From assembly GCA_048013815.1 (NCBI GenBank), contig CM106586.1:1426001-1490000 (forward strand): DNA of 64,000 nucleotides, written 5' to 3'. Below the pieces are notes generated by a model. It saw only the letters and a program-made list of their open reading frames with translations, searched no databases and was not told where the DNA came from. Origin of the DNA: Setoptus koraiensis (lineage: Eukaryota > Animalia > Arthropoda). Both the position numbers and the translations under genes were made by a program. This document shows, piece by piece, positions 1 to 11,221 of this stretch (its first letter is position 1; every line of letters begins with the position of its first letter).

Positions 1-752
1 CGGTTTTGATAATTATACTTGGTTGCTGCTGACCCTTCGGTGGGAGAATCTCTTCCATGAACAAATTTGTTTGATTTCATGTTGAATTTATTTGAATGAA
101 GTTGAGATGAATTGTTGTGTCGAATGTCAGCCGTATTAGAGGCTGGATTATCTAAACTTTTCTCTCTGAGATACATCAGTTTAGGAAGAGACAATTGATT
201 GATATCGTCGTTTGCGAATGACCATGCCTGATATCCTTTTCGATGTGAATGATATGAGGAAAAACTTTCCTGCGGCTGATCAATGTCTACCAATTGTCTT
301 TCTCGTCGATATACACTGGTTTTGTTGTGAATTGTTAATCTTGTTGATCTGGTCTCTTTGGCGCTTCGCTTTCGCTTGTTTATTGTACTCACTTGATTGA
401 CCCCAACATGATTGAACATGTCCAGATAAGCCTGATTGATATCTTTTGGTCTCATAGACCAAATATATAAGGCATGGCGCAATGGTGAAATGACTTCGTA
501 TCTTGACGATCCCATAATAATCATGGCTAGTGAAGAGGAGAGACATAATGGACAAAATACAATGACTTTGTCGCGAGGTTCTATTTTGTCAAGGGATCTT
601 AGAACGTCCAAGCCGAAATGATTGGTCGATATGGCTAGTCTTCTCAATCCATGGGATACAACTTGGCAGTCTGCTGAACGACAGCGTTCTGCAAACCAAA
701 GTGATACAGTTAGTAGTATAAGATGCTTTCTCGTTGAGTTGGCTATGAACAT
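1..752 (-). CDS. Serpin family protein, 5' part (open reading frame runs off the left window edge)
   Basis: Manual translation from ATG at 752: signal-like MFIANSTRKHLILLTVSLWFAERCRSA, then the serpin N-terminal pattern STNHFGLDVLRSLDKIEPRDKVIVFCPLCLSSSLAMIIMGSS...LRHAL. No stop before base 1, so it is absent from the ORF track. A possible donor CAA|GTGAGT lies near 395. Confidence 0.75.
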   Translation of the reverse strand, partial: MFIANSTRKHLILLTVSLWFAERCRSADCQVVSHGLRRLAISTNHFGLDVLRSLDKIEPRDKVIVFCPLCLSSSLAMIIMGSSRYEVISPLRHALYIWSMRPKDINQAYLDMFNHVGVNQVSTINKRKRSAKETRSTRLTIHNKTSVYRRERQLVDIDQPQESFSSYHSHRKGYQAWSFANDDINQLSLPKLMYLREKSLDNPASNTADIRHNNSSQLHSNKFNMKSNKFVHGRDSPTEGSAATKYNYQN

Positions 753-885
753 TTTTGCATCAACACTATTTTATATGATTAGTTTATGAAATCAAAATTT
801 GTTGATATTCAAGAACTGATAATCGAGCGTAGTTCAGATTGAAGTAAATATTATCAACTAATTCGCTACCAAAAGAGAAGAGAAA

Positions 886-910
886 GAGGGAGAGAGAGAG
901 AGAGAGAGAA
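886..910. repeat. (GA)n microsatellite
   Basis: gagagagagag run. Confidence 0.9.
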
Positions 911-1319
911 ATAAGAATGTTGTTATGCCACTTTCAAGCTCTTTTAAGGCCCACCCTCTGCGACATGCCGAGAAAAAGAAAAATCTTGAGGCCTATTCAG
1001 ATGTCACATGAAGAAAACTATCAATCTTGAGAACGCTATTATATCGTCAGCATTTCATTGACAATTTCAGGTGACACCCTTCTGTATGCAAGAGCGGTCA
1101 GATATGTTCCCGTCCAGCCAGCATTGGTAACAATCAACTGGTTTTTACGGCGATTCATCTACGTTAAATGACAACAATGAGTCGACCAAGACAGAATCGA
1201 CTATGCATTCTGTAATAGGACACCAAATAAGCAAGGCTCAAGAAAGACATCTAAATACTTGAGAATAGTGTTGTAAGCAAAACAAATTTTTATTTGATGT
1301 GTGTGTATGTGTGATTGAT

Positions 1320-1673
1320 CTAACTGCTGTACCTAGATTTTATACGTCGGCGTCTCCTGGATCGGACTTTTTTAAGGTAGTCCACAGTTCGAAATATTTG
1401 ATTGATTTGTTGATCTTGTTGATGAGGGGATGACTTTAGTTTCAGATAATTCAGTTCCGACACCAGGTCGACGAATTTCTCCAGTTCCTCTTGACTCAAC
1501 TCTCTCCTAAGTTCTATACTTATAGGCCGGTTGTGATTAGATGACATAAAAGATAATGATTTTCTGGTTCTACTCCTGGGCGATAATGTGATCCTATAAT
1601 CCCTAAGTTTCTTACGCTCCTCCTCGGATGGTGGTGGAATGATTGGCTGCTTTGTATTGCTGTCGGTAGACAT
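1320..1673 (-). CDS. Orphan small basic protein (117 aa), Arg-rich C-terminus
   Basis: ATG-initiated, uninterrupted ORF that is not low-complexity DNA; ends VRSRRRRRIKSRYSS; no recognisable family. Confidence 0.45.
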   Translation of the reverse strand: MSTDSNTKQPIIPPPSEEERKKLRDYRITLSPRSRTRKSLSFMSSNHNRPISIELRRELSQEELEKFVDLVSELNYLKLKSSPHQQDQQINQIFRTVDYLKKVRSRRRRRIKSRYSS

Positions 1674-2344
1674 TGTTCTTGTTCAACTTTAATTTACCAT
1701 CCCAATAATGAATTTTGATTCGATTGAGTAATGACAAATGACGAGGACGAAATTCCATATCTATGATAACAACTCTAAGGTGGGTCCATAGTATAAAGGC
1801 TTATTTCACGATTTTGTTAGTCTATCATTTTTTGCTTTACTACACGCTGCACGCCTTCTTGGGTTCATTTTCAGGACAATAAGTATAATATAAGTATCGT
1901 TCGTATGCTTATTTCTAGAATATATCTGAAGAGGGCGTTAATAAAACATTCGATAACAACATGCATTTTATTGTTGTGCAAAATGATTTGTCATTTTCTT
2001 TGCACAAACACATTTCTTTCATTTGTAATTACGAGTTGTGCGAAGCTATAACAAACACTGCTTAAAAACGGTAGACCGGGGTCTGTAGTAGAGTATAGTG
2101 TTTCAGGGCACAAGGAATCATAGTTGCACATTGTGTGCTAATGTGCGGCACAATTTCAAATTGAATCAATCTGTAGCTCTCTGCATTGAACAAAAGCGAC
2201 CCCACACGGAATCTTAACATACTGATCATTACGCCATATTAGAATATAATTAAACAAATATTCAAGATATTTATTCCATTCCTTTGATTCAAGTAGTGTA
2301 GCCAAAGGTATTCTTAGTTATAGTCCACACTAATATATACATTC

Positions 2345-3031
2345 ATGATGGGCCTCTTTGGTCGCAGCACAGATCGATCACCTAAGGACCAGTGCAGGGA
2401 ATGGACGTCCAAATTGAGGAAACAGGGATACGTCTTAGATAGGCAAGTGAGGGCATTGGAGAATGCTGAATTTAATATCAAGCAAGAATGTAAGAAGGCC
2501 GCCAAGAAAGGTGATAAAGACGTGTGCCTGATTATGGCGAAAGAATTGGTTAGGTCTAGGAAGGCTAAGAATCGACTGCATGCCGCCAAGGCACAACTCA
2601 ATTCTATATCTATGGTGATCAAAGAACAAATGGCAACAGTAAAAATGGCTGGATCGCTACAAAGAAGCACAGAGGTAATGAGAAACATGCAAAATCTAGT
2701 CAAAGTAACCGACATAGCCTCGACTATGCAGGAACTATCACAAGAAATGATGAAAACAGGAATAATAGGCGAGATGATGGACGAGGCCATCGAGGAGGCT
2801 ATCGATGAAGAAGAGATCGATGAAGAGGCTCAACAAGAAGTTGACAAGATTTTGTCAGAATTGAAGGTTGACAAATTAAGTAATGCAACAGCCAGTAAGA
2901 CGAAGGCACCTGTCTCAGAACCAGTCCAACAAGGTGCAGTTTCGTCCAAAGCTAAGGATCCAACCCCCGAAAATGATGTCGATGACGACATGCAAAAAAT
3001 GCAGAAGCGTTTAGAGATGCTTAGGAGTTGA
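2345..3031 (+). CDS. CHMP3: Charged multivesicular body protein 3 (ESCRT-III Vps24), intronless
   Basis: MGLFG N-terminus, Snf7 core (MAKELVRSRKAKNRLHAAKAQLNSI...MATVKMAGSLQRSTEVM), C-terminal MIM1-like MQKRLEMLRS. Confidence 0.95.
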   Translation: MMGLFGRSTDRSPKDQCREWTSKLRKQGYVLDRQVRALENAEFNIKQECKKAAKKGDKDVCLIMAKELVRSRKAKNRLHAAKAQLNSISMVIKEQMATVKMAGSLQRSTEVMRNMQNLVKVTDIASTMQELSQEMMKTGIIGEMMDEAIEEAIDEEEIDEEAQQEVDKILSELKVDKLSNATASKTKAPVSEPVQQGAVSSKAKDPTPENDVDDDMQKMQKRLEMLRS

Positions 3032-3047
3032 GGTCTAGTTTATTAGC

Positions 3048-6000
3048 TTATTGACAACAATATATGGACACAAAACCGGCGTTGCATCCTGCTGCGAGGT
3101 CCGTCTGCTTATTAAGAATGAAAATAAAAATATTCAGGTTAGACTCAAATGACTGTACAATGATCATATAAAAATAATTATCTATTAAAAATAACTCTTA
3201 CCTTGAGCGGGTGGAAAGATAAGCAATTTATCTTGCTCATTTTCTGACTGCTTGCAAAGAAAAGGTTTTCGTGAGATCTGATGACGCAGCCCGCCTTTGA
3301 GGTACCATCGAGATTATATAGTTTAATTTCTTGAGAGCTCAGCCCACAAGCAAATATATCGGCGTTCGGATGTACCGACATAGCGGACATTTTGTTTGCC
3401 CCAGTTTCTAATTTTTTCACACTGCTAGGTGCTCTTTTGTCCCAGAATCTCACTTCTCCGCTAATGTCGCCGCTTATCAAATTTATGTGTTTTTCTTGCT
3501 GAGGCCCAAACAAGTGACATGTCAATATGGAGCTCGTGTGTTTCCTGAATGTAAATGCTCGACTATCTGCTCCTCGTATTCTCACGTCATATATTCTTAT
3601 ACTTCCATCCTGAAAACCGGCAGCCAGGGAGTGTTCACCATCAGAGGAAAGGCATGTTATACCATAATCAGCACCGGTGGGTATGTCAGAACGATGTCGC
3701 ATTTCTGAATGTGAATCCCAAATCTTTATACAATTTCCATGCTCACCTGAAGCTATAAATTGGCAGTATTGCTGTTCCCATAGTAGAACCATACCTTGGC
3801 CTTTCCTCTGCATTGGTAGATCAGGTAACATGTAGAAGGCAGATATGAGCTGAGGGGAGGTTTCGGTAGGTCCAGATTCAGAGCACCCATAACACTTCGA
3901 ATAGATCCTGACACAACCATCATTTGAACCGGTTGCCACTAAGGTATTTTCGTGAGCATTAATCAATTGTAATGATGTTATCCTACTAGATATACCACTA
4001 CCACTGGCATTAGTACTATTTATGAGTTGTGTACACAAAACACGATGACTGGCGGCAGCGGCGGGAGATGACTGTCTCTTGATGACACTGAATTGATCTC
4101 TGCCAGCAATGATCATTATTGGATCGTATGGATGAAATTGTACGAGATTAGGAACATAGTGGCACTTCTGTATCATTACTTGTGATTGGTCAAATCGAGA
4201 AGGATCAACAAGTTGGAGATTTTGGAGGCTCAAGTTTTTCAAGGCGATATTCTTAAGGATTCTCCATTCAGTTTGCTCGTGGTTATCCGTTCGTAATGGT
4301 TGTCTACAACAAAATGACCTTGCCGACCAATCGACGAAATCAGTAGTAATCAGGGGTCGGTTGGATTGATTGCTTCTCCTTTCACTCTGCTCCGCTTCAG
4401 ACTTGGAATTTCGTGACATGATGACAGATACAGATTTAGTTATATAGGACGTGTGTGTGGAAGAGGAGCGTTCGCTAATAGTGAAGTTGGCACCATGGTC
4501 ACCCGAGGCGCCTTGAGGCGAGGACGGTTCGGACATGGACGGATCGGACTTAGGTGAGCACACTTCTTTTAGCGATTCGTTGGAGACAGCTAGATGATTT
4601 GAGAGAAAGCGCGATTTGATGTCATCTATAATAGCAGTAGCTGCTAAGGCTATCTTAGGATGAGGATCACTGGCCAATGTATACATTGCCTTCCATATTA
4701 TCTGGTAGACATTGCTCACTATTTTAAATTGTCCAACGCTGCTAGGAAGATTCCCCGCTAAAGCGTTCAAGCTGTTGACTCTAGGAATATTGTTGATAGG
4801 CATCAAGTTGACAACTCCATTGTAAGATGTCCTACTACTGCTACTAGGTGATAGAAAGTGATTCTTACTCAATAGGGATGGCGGAGTGCAACCACTTATA
4901 CCCAAGTCATCTTCTTTACGAGTCTTATTGAGAGTTGCAGTTTCTTGCTCCAGACAGGCTGAGCATTCGAGGTTAATAAAGTTACTTTCAAAAGCCATAA
5001 CAAGATATTGCAAAGCCACAACAAGTTCGTGTCGAACTAACACACTCGAATCGTAGAGTGACGTTGATACTAGTTTTAGACCGATACTATGATCTATAGT
5101 ATTAGCATGGTCACTTCTCTCACTACTGCTATTAATGAAAGTTTCCAAGGCATAGATAGCGGCAGCTCTTACTTCTGGAACGGAATCCGTTAATAATGTA
5201 AATAGTTTCTCGTGGGCGCTATCCCTGACACCACACCACCTAGCATCCTCATAATTATCCCAGGAGCATCCAAGGCATATGGCAAGCCATCTACGTAGCA
5301 TAGGATCAGGGTCATTAATCTGTTCCAAGCAAATAGCTATCAGATTGGATTGAAAAGCGCATTCTTGGCCTTGGCGAAAGTCGCGTACAACGCAGCTCAT
5401 GACGAAAGCTGTCTGAATTCGGTAATGTGAGTCATAAACCAAATCCGAAAGGATAGATAAGAAATATTTGTGATACCCTTCCCTGACTAAATCTATCTGG
5501 CACCTTCGGTCGATTGCTAGTATCTTGCACCATATTGAAACCAAGAAGGGTCTAACTTCTCTGGCACTACTTTGCAACAACTTAAGAACATAGGGGAATA
5601 TGCCAACGGACAATGCGGAATTGACTGCCCACACACCGAGATTGAGGAACCTCGCGAGCAAGTCTAGAGCACGCAGCCTATGCACTGGACTTAGCAGAAC
5701 CTGGAGCACTATTGGTAATTGTCCAGGGTGACTCTTTGATGAATGATCCAAATCGAGCCAAACTTCGAATGCGGTCAATTGCTCAGCAAAGAACGTGCTA
5801 CTCCTGAATGTGGCCCTTTCTTCCAGTATATCACTTAGTTGTGAAAGGCAAAGGTCCACAACCATGTCCCAAGCTCTCCACATAGGATGATGATGAGTTG
5901 AGGGTATTTTAGGATGCGAGATGGGAGTACAATTGTAAGTTCTCATGATCCTTTCGGCAAGTAAAAAATTTCTGAATAGGCTGGCGACCAATAAATCTTG

Positions 6001-7002
6001 TCGAAACAAACGCTGAAATAACTCTCGAGGTAGTACATCCCAGGCGATAGTATCAGTGATTGCTGTGAATATCCAATTCAACTCGCCGACCATGGTCCTT
6101 CTATCGTGTAAGGATCCAGGTATTTTGTCTAACATATCTAGTGTAACACGAGAGAGGAGTTTATCGTGACTTTGTTGTATGAACCATCTTAATGCCATTT
6201 TGAGGGGAGTTGTCAAGCAGGACGTAAAAAGATCCGCTGGTAAGTCAGGATTCATAGGTAATATTTGATCCTTGCTACAGGAAGCTAGTTGTATGCAGCC
6301 ACCAAATTTGGAACTTCTAGGTGCACCTAGTGGATTATTATTAGTCTGATTTGTCGTAGGAATCATCAAGCCATTTGATGAGTCAACCATCTGGAATGAG
6401 TCCACAATCAAACCGGCGCAGGAACAATCGAAAACATATATGGAAGGTGTTCCCATCCATTGTTGTAGGTCGTAGATTGCAAGGGGTATATACTGGGTAT
6501 AGTTTTTGTTAAAAACCCAAATCTCACCATTTGTTGTAGGTTTTGGCACACCATGGCCGTTGTAATGAAACAGCACACGATCTTCCTTAGCGTTCCTCCT
6601 TAAAGACATACATAACTTTTTGACTTCTTCCACAGTTGGGTCGAGACATTTTTTGTATCTAGCTTTCGATTGCCACCTCTCATATTGCTTCTCCAAGTTG
6701 ATGCCTATGTTCTCTATTGCTTTTTGTGGTGTGACAGACGAAGGGTCGAACCAACATTCTAATTTGGCACATGGTTGCGTTTTAACAATATCGGGTGGAT
6801 CAACACCAACATTGAGACATAAAACAAGCGCAACCGACACAGTTTTCATGCGCTCCTTCAAGCGCCAAGATTCCTCAGGTGTTTGTAAGCCGGTGATTGG
6901 TTCTATATGCCTGGGTTCGGTAAAGGCAAGCTTCATTTGCCACTCGGATTGCTTTGCAACCTCTTCGTATATATCAATTGTCGAGGCGAGCAAGGCGTCC
7001 AT
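3048..7002 (-). CDS. RPTOR: Regulatory-associated protein of mTOR; exons 7002-3202 and 3104-3048
   Basis: RNC domain (WRLKERMKTVSVALVLCLNVGVDPPD; VLFHYNGHGVP), HEAT repeats and WD40 repeats. Intron 3201-3105 (AAG|GTAAGA...AAGCAG|ACG) restores the C-terminus HPLKTDLAAGCNAGFVSIYCCQ*. Confidence 0.97.
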
Positions 7003-7078
7003 TATTTATATAGTAATTAAATTATAATCTCTATAATCATATAAATATGTATATATATTTATATACATATACAAACAT

Positions 7079-7080
<2 letters not shown>

Positions 7081-7122
<42 letters not shown>
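7081..7122. repeat. (TA)n microsatellite within an AT-rich low-complexity tract upstream of Raptor
   Basis: atatatatat run. Confidence 0.9.
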
Positions 7123-7127
<5 letters not shown>

Positions 7128-8533
7128 GATATATAAATGTGGACAATAATTTTAACCACAATATGTAGAAATCTAATGATCAACTATTTTCGTTAATTAT
7201 ATATATTTTCCTTCAAAGTAGTATGACCAATAATAGATGATGCATGAGTTCATGTACAATAGTAGTAGTGATGATAGTATTGATGGTGATAATAATGATA
7301 GTAGGAAATATATAATTATTGTTGAGGATCGGTATATATCTATATATCTAACATATGTACATCTAGCAATACATATATATATATACCTAAAGATATATAT
7401 ATATATATGTTTGCATACATATATAAATGTACAAATATATCTCTCTAAATATACATATATTCTGATAGATGTCTATTCAAGTGTATAATTATAAAATAAT
7501 TAATTTTGAGATGATTATCATTTTATCTTTTTTTTCCTTCTTTTCGTTGCTAATAACATTGCTTCATGAATATTGGTCTGTATACTTGAAGTTACAATAA
7601 TAATTTTCTGATTGGAAATTGGTTATTATATTACGAATGCTGCTAATATTGATATGATGATATTGATAATATTATTATCAATGAAAGTATTAATATTGGT
7701 ATTAATAATAAAAATAGCGATGATGTATTAATAATAATAAAGCATTGCTTTCAATCTTTGCATTTGTTGTCGCCGCGTTGTGGTTTGTTATTGTTGTTGT
7801 TTTGGTTATTGTGTTATTAGCCCGAGAGCACGACGAGTAAGGCTTTTATGGTTATCCATATTGTCTTCCCCCTTCACTGTGCACCATCCACATTGCAAGG
7901 AGGGGATGACATGCTGGCTTATTCCTTCTGGGCAATTTATATTGTTTTCCCCATATGTGTGTAAGAACTATCCGATAGAGATGGGGGGATGGAAAGCGCT
8001 AGACAATTCTCACTCGCGTGGTTTGTTTACTAACAAAGTACTCATACGCACGCACAAGCCAATGCACAGATCAAAAAAGAACAGCAATACATTTTATATC
8101 TGTGCCTGTATATAAAAATCGCGCGCATGCGCTAGTTCATTCCGGTATGGTATTTCTATTATTGTGTACCATGCTGTACTCAAGTTCGATGAACGGTATA
8201 CTTTTAACCGCCAAAGATGTGTTGAATTTCGGGTCTATTTTGAAATTTTTTTGGCATGGCTATGATGCAGGGTCCCTGCAGCAGGGATGAGTTTTTTTAT
8301 CCGTGTCTTTCTTCCGGTTCATGCCCCGTCACGCCCATTTTTTAAAATTTTAGATTTCTTTTTTTTTTCATTGCGTTACGAAGAAATTGATTTTGAGATG
8401 CTTATTTGTTTGTTATTTGTGTTGTTATAAGATCACAGAGAGATTGGAGGAAAAGCCTATCAATTGAACCTGTGGCAGCCTGCTACAGTTGGGTTCAAAT
8501 CAAACAAATCTCTCAACTATTCGTCGATTCCGA

Positions 8534-9506
8534 TCATATCCGTTCGCCAGTAGCGTCTACAGACAGTTTTGGCTTTCTACAAGATTGTCTTGAGGCCATC
8601 TTCTTGAATCCAGTAAATACGGCATCCTCCTTGTCCCAGTTACTGTCGGACACAAATACTGTCCCTCTGGGTAGAAAATGGGATAGCAGATGCACCCCGG
8701 TCATGCTGAATTCGTTACATTCGTAAAGTTTCAAAGAATCAACTAAAAGCTCGCTCCAAGACGACAATTTTAGCGCATCTTGACAAGTTCATAAAATCAC
8801 CTCACATTCATCATCATAGTGGAGGAAAATCCTTCTTGCGGCCGGCATGCCCAGTCGCAATTCAACTTCCAGATCTCTGATGCACAGTACCTCTTCCAAA
8901 TCACATATCTCTTTTCGGCAGATAATCTTTTCAGGTTTTTCCGCACGAGTAGTGTTTTCTTCTTAATCTAATTTAGCCGCTTGTTCGCCGCAAATAATTG
9001 TTTGCAAGTAATCATCATCTGGCTCTATCGGATATCAGAGAGAATATTCGTCAATAGAAGTACCCATCTCTTGTCTTTCAATGCCAACGCTAAACTGTCC
9101 AATCGCTCATGGACATGCCCATAGAAAATATACTGCATCGTAGCATTTCAGTCAATCTTCGCCGAAATCAAAATCACCAACAATGATGATATTCCTCCCG
9201 ATATCTAGGGGTCACAGCATGTACTGTCATCATGGTTACGATTATATGCTCTCATTATGCTGAGATACGATAGGTGGTACTAAAGCATCCGGAATAATTG
9301 GTTAAGCTCATACAGGTCTAGCTACATCTAGCTCGACATGATCCAGTGTCAGGTGTTCTAACGCGTATCCTATCGGATCGAGCTCTGTGGCTGTAAAGGA
9401 TACATTTCTCAAATGTGGTTGAAAGGCTGCAATTGTCCGTCAGGTAGCAATGATAGCTCAGTCCAAATCTTTCGATTGCATTGCTCAGGTCAAGCCGTTT
9501 CATCAA
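8534..9506 (-). pseudogene. Degenerate endonuclease/exonuclease/phosphatase (APE-like) fragment, possibly a non-LTR retrotransposon ORF2 relic
   Basis: Minus-strand translation near 9200-9130 gives GRNIIIVGDFDF, then after a frame change KID*N, resembling the APE GDFN...IDW motif. Multiple stops and frameshifts; no RT motif seen. Confidence 0.35.
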
Positions 9507-9530
9507 AAGTGATACTAAAACACAGATTTC

Positions 9531-11221
9531 CTAAATAAAATAATGATTATCAGATTTATTCCCCATATACGAACGAAAATTTTTGTATTCAATTACTTCA
9601 TAGTTATCTATCTTAGGCTTTTTGCTATTTGGATCATCACTTACGCTAAAATGGTGCTCAGGGAGGTATTTATCATTATCAATATAGTTGGAGATATTTA
9701 TCTCACATAAGTTCAAGTTTTCCTGATTTATACCAATTTCATTAAACTTGATCTCTGGAATTTTTACTTTGAGTAACTCTCCATATCCATCTATGTTACA
9801 CATATGCAACGGCGAAACATACGGCTAAACATCATCTATTTCAGAGTAGACTAACTTGTCAATTTGTGGTAAAAGCTTATCTCCATCAGTAAACAAACAT
9901 AAGACAGATCTTAGAATAATATCTCTTTTGTTTTCCATGTAAAAAACAGTACAAACGCAGAGGCTCCATATTTCGTTATAGACTCTTTGACTTGAGCACC
10001 AGTCGCAGATTCTAAAACCATAATTGATAATGTCAATGCGGACGATGAAGCCAATCTATGAGATAAAGAGAAAAGATTCCTCTTATCAGCCAGAAAGACT
10101 TGCCTATGGTTTTGAAAATCTTCGCTTCTCCATAAGAAGGTGAAAAAATCAATATACAAATCAAGTAAACTGTGTGGAAGGGATTGAATTGCCTTCTTAC
10201 AACTATAGATAAAAGAGTCGTATTCATCATGAGAAATATTAGATAGACCCAAGACACCAATCACTTGTTTTGCAGCTGAATACAAAAAATTATCAACCAT
10301 CAAGTGTATAACCCTTAAACTTCCGTGTACCTCACGATCCTTTTCTATAAAGCTTCTATAAGCATTGGGTTGTAGGTGTTTAAGAACAAACTTTATAACA
10401 TTCATATTCCTTTCTTTGTGATAATATGTTTTCATTCCGCTATCGTATAACCCACGCAAATAAGTATAGACCCCTATGTCAATTAATTGCTTATCTCTTT
10501 CTTCCCTATATTCATTCTCTAATTTACTCCAAAAGAAATATTACGCTTCTTCGCACCCTTCTTGTTTTGCACATTCAAAGCCACATTTCCATATGTCACT
10601 CATATTGTCTATACTCTAGTTTTTATCACACGAAAATAATAACTTTTTAAAGCTCTCTATTATGGAAGAATTAGGAGATTCGATACTCACAACATTTATG
10701 TAGTGTGACCAAAATTTCATCAAATTTTCTTCAATATGAGCAGTCCAATTAAAAGATTCACATACGAAGGATTCTAAATCTATATCAAGCGAGTAAAATA
10801 TTGCTCTAATATCTTCTTCTGAGCATACAAGACAGGCAATCTCATACAAGCTATAACCTTGATGAAAGGGAACTTTATCCCTTTTACTCAACAAATACTT
10901 TAAAAACATAGAGGTATTTAATGTATTGTTATTACTTCAAAATCTTCCTTCTTGAAGAGAAGACGATAAAAATGCCACAATCTCATCTTGTTTCTTACCA
11001 GAAATTATCTTGTTACCGTATATTTTATACCAATTCGTGATCTCTATATGTTTTAGACAATAGCTTGAATCATTCTTGAGGATGGCTTCTAGAAGAAGCT
11101 GCAATCTGTCATTCATATTCGTTCTATAATTCAAAAAATCCATGCTAACGATATTATAGCTAATTTTCAAAGAAGAATCATTCAAGCACTTAATTTTGAT
11201 GTCTAATATACTGTGGAAATA
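9531..11221 (-). pseudogene. Disrupted long intronless ORF (~560 codons) resembling endosymbiont (Wolbachia/Rickettsiales-type) hypothetical proteins
   Basis: ORFs 10937-11185, 10616-10909 and 9911-10459 share one frame, separated only by single stops (TGA 10937, TAG 10616, TAA 10541). One frameshift at the A6 run 9941-9946 plus a TAG at 9825 joins ORF 9531-9809. The family resemblance is from memory. Confidence 0.6.

Noticed and set aside
3178-3201. Raptor C-terminus VRVIFNR from the ORF track
   Set aside because: This is read-through into an intron; the spliced last exon gives the conserved LAAG...VSIY end.
7237-8290. ORFs in the TA/AAT-rich region upstream of Raptor
   Set aside because: Low-complexity DNA with no protein-like signal.
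9531-11221. Alternative genetic code (TGA=Trp) or stop readthrough in the foreign ORF
   Set aside because: The interruptions include TGA, TAG and TAA plus a frameshift, which fits decay rather than recoding.
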